A stretch of 63,625 nt of DNA, counting the filler, from Polymyxa betae A26-41 (taxonomy: Eukaryota > Protista > Endomyxa: Phytomyxea): NCBI GenBank assembly GCA_003693705.1. It is 6 parts of 6 records of this genome, joined end to end, with 100 filler letters (N's around TTAATTAATTAA, not from the genome) between each part and the next. Parts side by side here need not be neighbours in the genome. Positions count along the whole stretch, not along the records: positions 60,629 to 63,625 come from RBZT01000750.1; 5 more parts are not named here. One strand, 5' to 3'. The translations under genes were made by a program, and so were the position numbers. Every line of letters starts with the position of its first letter. Position 1 is the stretch's first letter. This document shows, piece by piece, positions 63,201 to 63,625 of this stretch. The notes below the pieces were generated by a model. That model worked only from the letters and a program-made list of their open reading frames with translations, did not search any database and was not told where the DNA came from.

Positions 63201-63625
63201 AAATTCTTAGCACCTGATGATTTGCCTTTAGAATCGGGCAGCGGTTATTTCAACCCCTCCCGCCATAATAGGTTCCAATCATCAGATGATGAATCGCAAT
63301 ACTTTAAGTTTATAAACTTGCAACTGCCTCATCCGATAACAGTATGTGCTCTTTAATATTACAAACAGGCCTGTACTACCCCTATAAATGGCGCAATTAA
63401 ATAACTTTCTCACAAATTTAATGCTTGGTCGTATTATAATATCATCACGATATCTACCTCTTCAGGGTTTTATACAATGTTGTGTTAGACGAGAACCTGT
63501 TCTATTAGATCTTTCACATATCGGCAATGTTCATCCTGATATATCCAGTACCAATTTTAAGTCAAAGAGAACTTCAACATATATCCCTGGCATCAATCAT
63601 GCAGGAGAGTCAATGCCAGAGATGC

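Overview
Eukaryotic draft-scaffold DNA. It has short GT-AG introns, five 100-nt N gaps carrying an artificial TTAATTAATTAA linker, and two plain N gaps. The gene style (GC-rich signal-peptide and ankyrin genes, short introns, protist-type transposons) suggests a protist plant parasite such as a plasmodiophorid; this is inference only. A gene-dense core at about 24-36.5 kb holds ATE1 arginyltransferase, an SLC25 carrier, a conserved hypothetical gene, two convergent secreted ankyrin paralogs and a five-exon gene fusing an EST1/SMG-type TPR domain to a Regnase (Zc3h12a)-type NYN nuclease. The flanks are transposon-rich: PIF/Harbinger, hAT derivatives, MITEs, a 9-bp-TSD element carrying an ORF, a Gypsy chromovirus, a Copia remnant and a truncated non-LTR insert. 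Main observations: (1) an AT-rich island at about 18.0-19.45 kb encoding a probable Polinton-like-virus major capsid protein and a divergent double-AP2-like gene, contiguous with host sequence; (2) the EST1-TPR plus NYN nuclease fusion; (3) an unnamed ~120-aa module found four times in three secreted-protein genes; (4) a RecA/Rad51-paralog fragment inserted into one copy of a triplicated repeat; (5) a long decayed gene that may consist of degenerate small-GTPase-like units. All family assignments come from motif recognition by eye; no searches were run.
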